A stretch of DNA of 42,664 nt from contig JBAXCL010000001.1 in NCBI GenBank assembly GCA_037141515.1, forward strand, positions 1-42,664. The letters run 5' to 3'. Both the position numbers and the translations under genes were made by a program. Source of the DNA: an archaeon (GTDB lineage: Archaea; Iainarchaeota; Iainarchaeia; Iainarchaeales; JAAZKV01). Shown here one piece after another: positions 1 to 7,983 of the stretch (position 1 is the first letter of the stretch; every line of letters begins with the position of its first letter). Below the pieces are notes generated by a model. The model made no database searches and was not told the DNA's origin. It saw only the letters and a program-made list of their open reading frames with translations.

Positions 1-2
1 GT

Positions 3-1037
3 TTAGTTTATGGTGACTATCATTTTTTGGACTACTCTTTTGACGGTGCAGAAAGCGGTGCTGAAAGTAGTGAATTTTTAAGTAGTGCCGAAGGAGTTAA
101 CTTAACGCCTATTGGCGACAATTTATATTTAAGTGCGGAAGGCAATCTTTACAGATATGTAGAAGGGGGTTATTATGATAATAACGAAGAATATTTTAGT
201 GCTGACGGGGAAAACTTCTATAACGCTAAAGGAGAAAAGGTTGGAAAAGCATTTAAGTCTGTTGGAAAAGGGATAGGCAAAGGTTTTAAAGCCATTGGAA
301 AAGGATTTGTTAAGGTTGGTAAATTTATCGGAAAGGTTGCTAAAAAAGTTGGCAGAGCCGTTGTTAAAGCGTCCAAAACGGTAGCAACAGGAGTAAAAAA
401 GACAGGTGCAAAAATAAAAGACGGTGCAAAAAAATTAGTACACCATAAAACAAAAGAAGAGAAGCAAAGCGATTGGGAAGATAGGAACATAAAGCAAGGT
501 AACAGGCAAGTAGCGAGAGATAAAAGGGTAAAAGAACATAACGAGAAGAAAGCAAAAAGAGAAAAGGAAATTGCAGACGCAAAGGCGAAAGGACAAACAC
601 CTCCACCTCCATTACCTCCGTTACCCCCTTTACCTCCGCCAACGGCAGAAGAAAAAAAAGCAGAACAAAATAAAACTCCAAACGATACAGGGAAAGACGT
701 TTTTACAAAAGAATTACCTCCCGCAACACCAAGCACACCTCCTCAAAATGTTGTAGAGGTGGCGGGGCAAAAGTTTGACGCAACCGACATACCAAAAGGC
801 AAAGAAATTGTTGAAACGGTGGACGGAAGTGGCAAAAAAATAGCGGGAGTTGAGTTTGCACCCGAAGAGGTTGTTGCCGTACAAGGTGCGGACGGTAATA
901 TTGAATACTACACACCCGAAAGTGTTAGCGGAATGAGTAAGGGTATGAAAATGGCACTTATCATTGGTGGCTCTGTGTTAGTTCTAGGTATTATTGGTTT
1001 TATTATTTATAAATCAAGAACAGGAAAAGGGAAATAA
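3..1037 (+). CDS. 5'-truncated ORF: acidic Y-x-A-[DE]-G repeats, Lys-rich centre, PPLPP tract, GMSK-type C-terminal membrane anchor
   Basis: Frame is open from nt 3 to the window edge (track ORF 27..1037 begins at a TTG). Ends GMSKGMKMALIIGGSVLVLGIIGFIIYKSRTGKGK, the same tail anchor as ORFs ending 5415, 5996, 15287, 29274. Stop overlaps next ATG (TAATG). Confidence 0.7.
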   Translation, partial: LVYGDYHFLDYSFDGAESGAESSEFLSSAEGVNLTPIGDNLYLSAEGNLYRYVEGGYYDNNEEYFSADGENFYNAKGEKVGKAFKSVGKGIGKGFKAIGKGFVKVGKFIGKVAKKVGRAVVKASKTVATGVKKTGAKIKDGAKKLVHHKTKEEKQSDWEDRNIKQGNRQVARDKRVKEHNEKKAKREKEIADAKAKGQTPPPPLPPLPPLPPPTAEEKKAEQNKTPNDTGKDVFTKELPPATPSTPPQNVVEVAGQKFDATDIPKGKEIVETVDGSGKKIAGVEFAPEEVVAVQGADGNIEYYTPESVSGMSKGMKMALIIGGSVLVLGIIGFIIYKSRTGKGK

Positions 1038-1165
1038 TGGCAGAAGAAACTAAAGACCAAAAGAAAAAAAGAAGCACAACAAAGGTAGCAATCATTGTTG
1101 GCGGACTTATCCTTGCTTTAGGGATTACTGCGTTTGTTATATTAAAATACAAGTCTAAAAAATAA
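1037..1165 (+). CDS. 42-aa single-pass membrane mini-protein
   Basis: Below track cutoff. ATG overlaps upstream stop (TAATG). MAEETKDQKKKRSTTKVAIIVGGLILALGITAFVILKYKSKK = basic N-term, one hydrophobic helix, basic end. Confidence 0.5.
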   Translation: MAEETKDQKKKRSTTKVAIIVGGLILALGITAFVILKYKSKK

Positions 1166-1171
1166 ATAAAA

Positions 1172-1270
1172 ATGGAGTTTAGAAACGACAAATTAAGAGG
1201 TAAAATTTTTGGAACTATTGTAATCTTAGGAGGTATAGGAATGTTAATTTACGGAGTAACAAAAAAATAA
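1172..1270 (+). CDS. 32-aa single-pass membrane mini-protein
   Basis: Below track cutoff. A-rich leader aaataaaaATG. MEFRNDKLRGKIFGTIVILGGIGMLIYGVTKK. Short, so tentative. Confidence 0.4.
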   Translation: MEFRNDKLRGKIFGTIVILGGIGMLIYGVTKK

Positions 1271-1277
1271 TAAAGAA

Positions 1278-1772
1278 ATGGAAACAAAAATAATCAAAGG
1301 TACAGCACAAAAAAGCAATGAACAAATAGAAGGGTATGTTTTCCCTTCTTTTTTAAAAGATTTTCCAATTCCTTCAAAAATTTTATTTGCGCCAAACTTC
1401 ACCCCTATTTTATACAAAGTAGAAAACGGTAAAATTACTTCGCAAAGCAAAGAGGTAGCCCCAAGAAGTGTTAATGTTGTAGGTGTTATTGGTAATGGAT
1501 TGTTATTAGACAATGGTTTAGCTTTAACTCAATACGACCCAACAGGCTCGTTTATGTTAATTTCTAAAGACTCAATATCAGGAAATTTATCTAACAATTT
1601 AACAGGTGAATATAAATTTAATTCTTTGTTTGGCATAATAGGGTTAGCAGGTGGAGTTTATTTTGCACATAAAAAGAAGAAGGGGAATTGGGGGTATGTA
1701 GGCTTTGGTTTACTTGGACTAATTGCAGGGAATATTATTGGCACTCAAATATCAAAACTAACAAAAAAATAA
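1278..1772 (+). CDS. hypothetical membrane protein, two C-terminal Gly-rich helices
   Basis: 164-aa track ORF. LFGIIGLAGGVYFAH and GFGLLGLIAGNIIG hydrophobic segments near the C-terminus. Overlapping antisense ORF 1244..1513 rejected. Confidence 0.7.
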   Translation: METKIIKGTAQKSNEQIEGYVFPSFLKDFPIPSKILFAPNFTPILYKVENGKITSQSKEVAPRSVNVVGVIGNGLLLDNGLALTQYDPTGSFMLISKDSISGNLSNNLTGEYKFNSLFGIIGLAGGVYFAHKKKKGNWGYVGFGLLGLIAGNIIGTQISKLTKK

Positions 1773-1779
1773 TTAAACA

Positions 1780-1851
1780 ATGGCAAAAGCAATCGGTGGA
1801 ACTAACGCTGAATTAACTAGCAACCAATACAGACAAAAAAAATTAAAATAA
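1780..1851 (+). pseudogene. 23-codon ORF (MAKAIGGTNAELTSNQYRQKKLK) duplicating a C-terminal segment of the next gene; probable recombination scar
   Basis: Good leader (taaacaATGGC), but its nt 1792-1830 are a near-exact copy of 2635-2676 inside ORF 1858..2727. Confidence 0.25.
1792..1830. repeat. direct repeat copy 1 (atcggtggaactaaCgctgaattaactagcaaCcaatac)
   Basis: Matches 2635..2676 with 2 mismatches and one 3-nt indel. The two copies bracket ORF 1858..2727. Confidence 0.85.
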
Positions 1852-1857
1852 ATAAAA

Positions 1858-2727
1858 ATGGCAAAGAAACTATTATCTAGCAAATCAAACTACGTTCCTA
1901 AACGTATGATTAACGAACTTGAAGTTGAACGCAACGGCAAGACAACATATATTGACGGGGCAGACATTTATGACGGTTTCTATGTTAAGAAAGGTGTGAA
2001 GTTTGGTAAAGGCTCTACTGTTAAAGGCGGTGGCGAATATAGGTCGTATATAAACAACATTTATAGAAACCAATCGGAACAATCTGCAAGAGAGGGGTTA
2101 ATGAATTTTGCGAGAGAACAAGGCTTTGAAATAAGTGATGTTGAAAACGCATTACAAGTTTATAAATACGATACCGAAGAAAACGCTTGGGGTGAAAATT
2201 ATTACACAAAAGTAGCAATAGCAAAAATGGTTGATATGATTTCGGGTAAATACGCTAAAGGCTCTACTGTTAAAGGTGGAGATTATAAGTTTGGCTATGA
2301 TATAACATTAAAAAAACATACGTCTAAAAATGGAACTGATATTGAATTAAGGCAAAATCCAAAAACAAAATATTATACCATATTTGTAAATGGTTTTGGT
2401 GGGACAAGCACCCCTACTGAATTTTTGCACGTTGCCGAAGATGATTACAAATACGAATTATCAAAATACGAATGGGCGGAAAAGCGAGGTGTTTTCGCTA
2501 AAGGCTCTAATGTTGAAGGTATGAGTAATAAAGAAATAATGAAGGGTAAGAACGGAAAAAAAATATCATACGCTAACGGCGGTAATATGGAAGGTTGGGG
2601 CGGAACTTCGGAAAGTAGCCAAGACGGTATGCTAATCGGTGGAACTAATGCTGAATTAACTAGCAATCAACAATACGGACACGGTGGAAGTATGGGCGGT
2701 TGGTGTTACGAGATTGGTGGATTATAA
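1858..2727 (+). CDS. Y-x-I-G-G-L tail-tag family member A (289 aa), function unknown
   Basis: Leader aaataaaaATGGC. Internal GKGSTVKGG (2005), YAKGSTVKGG (2251), FAKGSNVEG (2494) linkers. Ends GGSMGGWCYEIGGL-stop. Confidence 0.88.
   Translation: MAKKLLSSKSNYVPKRMINELEVERNGKTTYIDGADIYDGFYVKKGVKFGKGSTVKGGGEYRSYINNIYRNQSEQSAREGLMNFAREQGFEISDVENALQVYKYDTEENAWGENYYTKVAIAKMVDMISGKYAKGSTVKGGDYKFGYDITLKKHTSKNGTDIELRQNPKTKYYTIFVNGFGGTSTPTEFLHVAEDDYKYELSKYEWAEKRGVFAKGSNVEGMSNKEIMKGKNGKKISYANGGNMEGWGGTSESSQDGMLIGGTNAELTSNQQYGHGGSMGGWCYEIGGL
2635..2676. repeat. direct repeat copy 2 (atcggtggaactaaTgctgaattaactagcaaTcaacaatac)
   Basis: See 1792..1830. Encodes IGGTNAELTSNQQY inside ORF A. Confidence 0.85.
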
Positions 2728-2738
2728 AAACATAAACA

Positions 2739-2852
2739 ATGAAAAACATTTTAGGTGCTCTAGTTGTGATAGGTATTGGCGTTTTAGTTTACAACCAATA
2801 CAATAAGCACAAAAAAGAGTTAAAAAAAGTTCAAGTAAAAAAAGACAATTAG
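2739..2852 (+). CDS. 37-aa N-terminally anchored mini-protein
   Basis: Below track cutoff. MKNILGALVVIGIGVLVYNQYNKHKKELKKVQVKKDN. Fills the 2728-2854 gap exactly. Confidence 0.5.
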   Translation: MKNILGALVVIGIGVLVYNQYNKHKKELKKVQVKKDN

Positions 2853-2854
2853 CA

Positions 2855-3286
2855 ATGAATTTTAGCACAACTCATAAAGTATTAATAGGCGGAACTGCGG
2901 TTGTAGTTGTAGGCGTAATCGGTTATTTATTGTATCAAAACTACAAGAAACCAAAAATAGCAGATACAACTCCAACAGGCACTTCGGAAAAGCCTTTAGA
3001 CGCAAATGCTTTTTTAAGTCTTTTCGCTGACGCTTCAAAAAAACCGTTGACGGATACTCAAAAGAAAGCGTTTTTTGATATGTATAATACTTTATCGGAC
3101 AAAGAGAAATTTGCTTTGACGGATATTGTAAAAATACAGATAGACTGTATAAAAAGCAATCCTACTGACCCTATGAAGGCATTTGGTTGTATTGCTCAAG
3201 GCTCTCAAGGTCTAGTTGCTAAATACGGTGAAGATACACTTAAAAGCGTGGGTGAAAAAAGTAACGCTTTATTTAAAGCGAAATAA
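2855..3286 (+). CDS. hypothetical protein with N-terminal signal-anchor
   Basis: 143-aa track ORF. VLIGGTAVVVVGVIGYLLY helix at residues ~9-27, then a soluble helical-looking domain. Confidence 0.75.
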   Translation: MNFSTTHKVLIGGTAVVVVGVIGYLLYQNYKKPKIADTTPTGTSEKPLDANAFLSLFADASKKPLTDTQKKAFFDMYNTLSDKEKFALTDIVKIQIDCIKSNPTDPMKAFGCIAQGSQGLVAKYGEDTLKSVGEKSNALFKAK

Positions 3287-3302
3287 TTAAAAAAAATAAA
3301 AA

Positions 3303-3818
3303 ATGGCAGATTTCGTAGCAACCAAAGAATTTAAAACCCCGTATGTAATATCTACGGGACAACCGCACAGACCTACTGCGATTAAAACAAAGCAATTCCA
3401 AAAGGGTGACATTATATCGGGGGAAATGAAAACCTCCAAAGGTAAACCCGCTTTCGTTTTATACAAAGGCGTTATGGTTATTCCTTTGACTTGTATCAGA
3501 CAGGTTATTACCAAAGAAATTAACACTAACACTACTAGCGGTGCTGACGGAGATACAAAAACAACTACTCCTCCAAAAGAAGGAAGCGGAAGTATTAAAG
3601 TTGTAGGTAAAACAGTAAATACCGAAGAGAAAAAGAAACGCTACCTTGACGGGATAATCGTTGGTGCTTTAGCGGGTTTCGGTGCGACTTATTACGCAGA
3701 GAAAAAAGGTTGGATACCAATGCCTAGTCAAAAGAACAAAATAATCGGTGCAGTAGTAGGTGCTCTAGCGGGATTTTATGCAGTTTACCGTTTCGGATTA
3801 GATAAAACAACTAAATAA
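3303..3818 (+). CDS. hypothetical protein, two C-terminal glycine-zipper-like helices
   Basis: 171-aa track ORF. Leader aaaaataaaaaATGGC. IIVGALAGFGATYY and IIGAVVGALAGFYAVY segments. Antisense ORF 3287..3532 rejected. Confidence 0.75.
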   Translation: MADFVATKEFKTPYVISTGQPHRPTAIKTKQFQKGDIISGEMKTSKGKPAFVLYKGVMVIPLTCIRQVITKEINTNTTSGADGDTKTTTPPKEGSGSIKVVGKTVNTEEKKKRYLDGIIVGALAGFGATYYAEKKGWIPMPSQKNKIIGAVVGALAGFYAVYRFGLDKTTK

Positions 3819-3825
3819 TAAGACA

Positions 3826-3966
3826 ATGGCAGTTGAAACGTACTACACTTCGGGTGAGTTCAAACGAGATATGAAAGAAGTCGTTTGGGAAAACAGGATA
3901 CAAACTCTAGCGGTTTTGTTAGTTTTCTTTTTAGGTATTGAAACATTAAGAGATTTAAAAAAATAA
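3826..3966 (+). CDS. 46-aa mini-protein with one hydrophobic helix
   Basis: Below track cutoff. agacaATGGC start. MAVETYYTSGEFKRDMKEVVWENRIQTLAVLLVFFLGIETLRDLKK. Fills the gap before 3971. Confidence 0.45.
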   Translation: MAVETYYTSGEFKRDMKEVVWENRIQTLAVLLVFFLGIETLRDLKK

Positions 3967-3970
3967 GAAA

Positions 3971-4837
3971 ATGGATAGTGTAAAAATTTATAAGTTGGCG
4001 GAAAGTATGACTGACGCAGAATACGAAAAAAAATACAGTAAATTAACTGAAAAGCAAAAACTATCCGTTCAATCTTTGATAAGATTAGGAGATATGCCTA
4101 AATTAGCATTAGCCACTACCTTACTAAATAAAGATGATGATAGTGAAAATTCTGACACTTGGAATTTATACAAATACGCTAAAGGCTCTACTATTGATGG
4201 TGGTAAAAAGGCAGATTCGGTTGAATATAATTTTCGATTACTTGATAATGAAACTTTAAATGACGAATACTACGTTGAAAAATTACCTGACGGAAAGAAA
4301 AGAGTACATTTCAAAGCAACTTATTGGATTTTAGATAGGGAAGGAAAGAACACTTGGAATACTGATGCTTTTGTTGGATATGAAGATTTAGATAATGTTG
4401 ATAATATTGATGAAATTAAGAAACTAATTTCCGAACAAGTTTTAGAAACAGTATTGTATCATAACGCAATAGGTCATAAAACTAAAATGTCAGATATAGA
4501 TATTATTAGTAAACACGAACACAACGACTTTATAGAAGAAGCGGAAGAAGAAGAACGTGAGAAGAAGGAACGAAGAAGAAGGGGTAATGATGATGACAAT
4601 GATGAATATCGCACAGGTGGAGCGATAGGCGAAAGAGAGTACATCGTTGTTATTAGAAATAAAAAAACGGGCGAGGAGCAAGAGTTTGAGGTTTTTGCAG
4701 AAAGCAAAGCGGAGGCAAAAGATTTTGCATTAGGAATGTCAGATTATTCTCAAAATGCGAGTGTTGTGTCTGTGGAGAAATACGCTAAAGGTTCTACTAT
4801 TAAAGGCGGTTGGTGTTACTCTATTGGTGGATTATAA
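3971..4837 (+). CDS. Y-x-I-G-G-L tail-tag family member B (288 aa)
   Basis: YAKGSTIDGG (4175) and terminal KYAKGSTIKGGWCYSIGGL-stop (4781-4837). Charged EEAEEEEREKKERRRRGNDDDNDE tract. Confidence 0.88.
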   Translation: MDSVKIYKLAESMTDAEYEKKYSKLTEKQKLSVQSLIRLGDMPKLALATTLLNKDDDSENSDTWNLYKYAKGSTIDGGKKADSVEYNFRLLDNETLNDEYYVEKLPDGKKRVHFKATYWILDREGKNTWNTDAFVGYEDLDNVDNIDEIKKLISEQVLETVLYHNAIGHKTKMSDIDIISKHEHNDFIEEAEEEEREKKERRRRGNDDDNDEYRTGGAIGEREYIVVIRNKKTGEEQEFEVFAESKAEAKDFALGMSDYSQNASVVSVEKYAKGSTIKGGWCYSIGGL

Positions 4838-4850
4838 ATAAAGGACGGTT

Positions 4851-5033
4851 ATGACAACGAAAAAAAAGATTATAATAGGTGTAAGTGTAGCGTTAGGTTT
4901 AGTGGTTGCACACGCATTAATAGGCAAAGACAAAAACGAAGGCAGAAGCAAGTACGGTTTGAAAGTTTACAACTTAATTAAGCACGGTAAGTTCACGGAC
5001 AAAATGGAAATCAAAGCAATTACAAATAAGTAA
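4851..5033 (+). CDS. 60-aa N-terminally anchored small protein
   Basis: Track ORF. KIIIGVSVALGLVVAHALIG helix directly after MTTKKK. Confidence 0.6.
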   Translation: MTTKKKIIIGVSVALGLVVAHALIGKDKNEGRSKYGLKVYNLIKHGKFTDKMEIKAITNK

Positions 5034-5037
5034 GAAA

Positions 5038-5415
5038 ATGAAAATACAAACTGCATACCCTATTATCATTAATAAAAAAAGGGTTAATCCGAGAGATTAT
5101 TATTTAAACGCAAACGACACTCCCGCAACAACGCCTACACAGGCTTTAGTTGACGAGAATAAGAAAAAAGGTCTTAATTGGGACAAAGCAAAAGGCATTT
5201 GGGTAAAAGCAAATGAAAGCGGTATCGTTGATAGCGTTTTAGATATTTTTGGACTAGGTAAAAAAGACCCTACTCCTCCTCCTGTTGAAGTTACAACAAC
5301 AACAACAAAAAAAGAAGGTATGAGTAAAACTACGAAAATGATTATCGTGGTAGGTGCTCTAGCGTTAGTTGGTGGTATTATTTATTATTCAACAAAAAAT
5401 AAAAAAGGAAAGTAA
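5038..5415 (+). CDS. GMSK tail-anchored protein, paralogue of next ORF
   Basis: N-terminus MKIQTAYPIIINKKRVNPRDYYLN parallels MIVKTTYPIIVNSKRVSPKDYYLN of ORF 5415. Ends GMSKTTKMIIVVGALALVGGIIYYSTKNKKGK. TAATG overlap with next ORF. Confidence 0.78.
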   Translation: MKIQTAYPIIINKKRVNPRDYYLNANDTPATTPTQALVDENKKKGLNWDKAKGIWVKANESGIVDSVLDIFGLGKKDPTPPPVEVTTTTTKKEGMSKTTKMIIVVGALALVGGIIYYSTKNKKGK

Positions 5416-5996
5416 TGATAGTAAAGACGACATATCCGATAATCGTTAACAGTAAAAGAGTTAGTCCAAAAGACTACTACTTGAACATTGATGCCAAAAA
5501 CAAAGAGGAAGTTAAAGCCTTTCAGCGTTATGCGGTTTCAAGAGGTGTAAATTTAGACTACATTAGCAAGTCAACGAAAAAATTAGTTTCGGGTGAAAAT
5601 GCAATAGACGGTGAGTATGGTGTAAAAACCCTAAACGCATATAAAACGTATGGTGCAGAGTGGGAAAAAAGCAGAGCAACGACACCTACGCCGACACCAA
5701 CACCTACACCAACACCTACGCCGACACCAACACCAACACCTACGCCTACTGCGGACGAAACCAAAAAGGACGAGGTTAAGGTAACGAAAGACGACAAAGG
5801 AAATACTACGACAGAAACTAAAAAGGCTGACGGAACTACAACTACGGTTGTTACCGACAAAAACGGCAAGGTTATCTCTAAAAAAGAGAGTGGAATGTCA
5901 AAGAAATTAAAAATGGGACTAATTATCGGTGGCGGAGTATTAGTTCTTGGCATTATTATATTCGCCATAACAAGAGGAAGTAAAAATAAAAAATAA
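5415..5996 (+). CDS. GMSK tail-anchored protein with PG_binding_1-like segment and (Thr-Pro)n linker
   Basis: EEVKAFQRYAVSRGVNLDY...IDGEYGVKTLNAYKTYG fits the peptidoglycan-binding repeat pattern (..LQ..L...DG.[FY]G..T). 24-residue TP repeat. Anchor GMSKKLKMGLIIGGGVLVLGIIIF. Confidence 0.8.
   Translation: MIVKTTYPIIVNSKRVSPKDYYLNIDAKNKEEVKAFQRYAVSRGVNLDYISKSTKKLVSGENAIDGEYGVKTLNAYKTYGAEWEKSRATTPTPTPTPTPTPTPTPTPTPTPTADETKKDEVKVTKDDKGNTTTETKKADGTTTTVVTDKNGKVISKKESGMSKKLKMGLIIGGGVLVLGIIIFAITRGSKNKK
5679..5750 (+). repeat. coding (ACN-CCN)12 Thr-Pro microsatellite-like repeat
   Basis: acg aca cct acg ccg aca cca aca cct ... read directly. It explains the antisense (GV)n ORF 5558..5968. Confidence 0.9.
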
Positions 5997-6017
5997 CCAA
6001 AAAACCCTTGCTACACT

Positions 6018-6806
6018 ATGCACACGATATACGAAAGTGGAAACAGACCAATGACATTAAATATTACAATAACTTGTAATGGAAAGAAGCGTTTTCGTGT
6101 TTGGTCGGAAGAGTTAAATAAAAAAAATAGCAAGTACGCAAGTAGAGAGATAGACGTTGAGAACACTAGAGAGATACAATTCTCTTTCCCTGTTTCTCCA
6201 AAGAAACTTTTTATCGGGTGTATGAATGTTCAAAATCCTAATGACCAAAGTTTTGACGTTAAAATTGAAGAAACCCCACTAAAGAAATACAATATTTGGA
6301 TTGACAAAGAAACAGAAGACTTTGTTCAATTGGCTATCAATTTCAGTCAAGTTTGCGGATTTGAAATGCCTAAAGCAAAAGGCACTATTTACCAAACGCC
6401 CGACGCTAAATTCAATATTAAATATTTCCCTGTAATTAAAGATTTCGTTTCGGGACAAATATTGAGTACACCCGCTAGAATTGGACACAATTCGGGTATC
6501 ATTGAAACGAGTGCGATTAAATTTATGCCGTACACTATTCCTATGCGAATGATGATACTTTTACACGAATTTTCACACAAGTACAAAAATTCTAAAATTG
6601 GTTTACAAGTTTCTAACGAATTTGGGGCAGATATTAACGCATTATATATATATTTGGGACTTGGATTTTCAAAAATTGACGCTATCACAGTTTTTGCCAA
6701 AGTGTTCTTAAAAGCACAGACAGACGGCAACATTCAACGTATGCGTAAAATTTTGGATTACATAAACAAGTTTGAAAATAAGGAGTATGCACAATTATTA
6801 AGTTAA
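6018..6806 (+). CDS. hypothetical protein with HExxH motif (putative Zn-metallopeptidase)
   Basis: 262 aa. Only recognisable motif is MMILLHEFSHKY, with a Glu 14 residues later (SNEFGAD). 1-nt and 0-nt gaps to the next two ORFs suggest co-translation. Confidence 0.7.
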   Translation: MHTIYESGNRPMTLNITITCNGKKRFRVWSEELNKKNSKYASREIDVENTREIQFSFPVSPKKLFIGCMNVQNPNDQSFDVKIEETPLKKYNIWIDKETEDFVQLAINFSQVCGFEMPKAKGTIYQTPDAKFNIKYFPVIKDFVSGQILSTPARIGHNSGIIETSAIKFMPYTIPMRMMILLHEFSHKYKNSKIGLQVSNEFGADINALYIYLGLGFSKIDAITVFAKVFLKAQTDGNIQRMRKILDYINKFENKEYAQLLS

Positions 6807-6807
6807 A

Positions 6808-7983
6808 ATGACAGAGCCAACTAACACATACAATCAAAATAGTTATGAACAGGAGTTAAACAGTTTTGTTAACAACGGTTACGATAACTATGATAGCGAG
6901 GAATACTACGACGCAGAAGGCGACGAAGAGGACGACGACTTGTACGAGGAAGACGGTGACGGCGAAGAATATCAAGTAGTAAGTAAATTTGGTGGAGAGG
7001 TTGACCAAGAGCAAGAGGATTTAGACGACTATGTTTACGATATTGATTTTAGTCAATTTAACGGTAGCGACTTCAAGAGTTCTCTTAACGGAGTAAACAG
7101 AACGGTAAACAAAAAAAGAAGCCAAAGAACACCCGTTAAGCGAGTTATCGTACCAAAAGGTAGAAAAGTTATAGTTGAGGGAAATAAAAGACCAAGTTCA
7201 CCGAGAGTTGCACCAAGAAGTGCAAGTCCGACTAGAAGAATGGTTAAACCAATTAGAAGCGGAGGAGTGCCGAGTTCAAGACAAGTGCCTGTTCAAGAAA
7301 ATCAAAGTGCAAGAATTATCGGCAACGGTAGAGGTGGCACAACTAAACGTATTATCGTACCAAGCAGTCAGAAAGTAATCGTTGAGGGCGTAGATAAATT
7401 TATTTTAAGTAAGGGCAAACAAGAGGATAATGTAAAGAATATCGGCTACTACAAGGGTAAAAAACTACGAGAGTTGATTTTGACAATGAATAATAATTCA
7501 GCGTTAGATTTCAATGTTGAGTTATTTAACCCGTCAGAGCCTTTGGATTATTTATTCTCAACTTCGGGCAACTTAAACAACAAAATACAGGTTGCGGGTG
7601 ATATTGTTAGTTACTCTGACGTATTGTTTAATATCCTAGCAAACCCTACTCACTTAGTTAATGCGAAATTCACATTTTCGGGTGCTACATACCAAAGTCA
7701 AATCAATCAGCCGTTAATCTTCAAAAATAAGAGAATAACAGGAGAGCAACTTGTCGAGCCAATGCAATTAGCGTTGAAAGTGGATAATATGCAAGTTATT
7801 CAAGAGATTGTATTCTTTGATATTTACAACAGTTTGAACAGACCTTTTATTCCTAATGGAATGGACGTTATTCAGTATAAAGTTTTGGCGGGTAACACGG
7901 TTACTTTTGCCTTTTATTACGAACAAAAAGATTTACGAAAATTCTTTTTTAAAGAAGCAAGAGAAAGTAAAAAATTATTATAA
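6808..7983 (+). CDS. tripartite protein: acidic N-term / Arg-Lys-Pro-rich duplicated centre / beta-rich C-terminal half (structural candidate)
   Basis: 391 aa. EEYYDAEGDEEDDD. Duplicated unit KRVIVPKGRKVIVEG (aa 111-125) / KRIIVPSSQKVIVEG (aa 180-194). C-terminal ~170 aa alternate hydrophobic/polar like a beta-sandwich. Confidence 0.8.
   Translation: MTEPTNTYNQNSYEQELNSFVNNGYDNYDSEEYYDAEGDEEDDDLYEEDGDGEEYQVVSKFGGEVDQEQEDLDDYVYDIDFSQFNGSDFKSSLNGVNRTVNKKRSQRTPVKRVIVPKGRKVIVEGNKRPSSPRVAPRSASPTRRMVKPIRSGGVPSSRQVPVQENQSARIIGNGRGGTTKRIIVPSSQKVIVEGVDKFILSKGKQEDNVKNIGYYKGKKLRELILTMNNNSALDFNVELFNPSEPLDYLFSTSGNLNNKIQVAGDIVSYSDVLFNILANPTHLVNAKFTFSGATYQSQINQPLIFKNKRITGEQLVEPMQLALKVDNMQVIQEIVFFDIYNSLNRPFIPNGMDVIQYKVLAGNTVTFAFYYEQKDLRKFFFKEARESKKLL

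Noticed and set aside
218-756. Track ORFs 218..736(-), 364..681(-), 571..756(+) and 703..915(-) overlapping the first gene
   Set aside because: They lie antisense to, or out of frame with, the Lys/Pro-rich low-complexity part of ORF 3..1037. Their translations are homopolymer-like (GGNGGNGG, FFLL), with no start context, which is typical of shadow ORFs.
5558-5968. 136-aa minus-strand ORF with a (GV)n run
   Set aside because: It is the mirror image of the coding (Thr-Pro)n repeat of ORF 5415..5996. It has no independent support.
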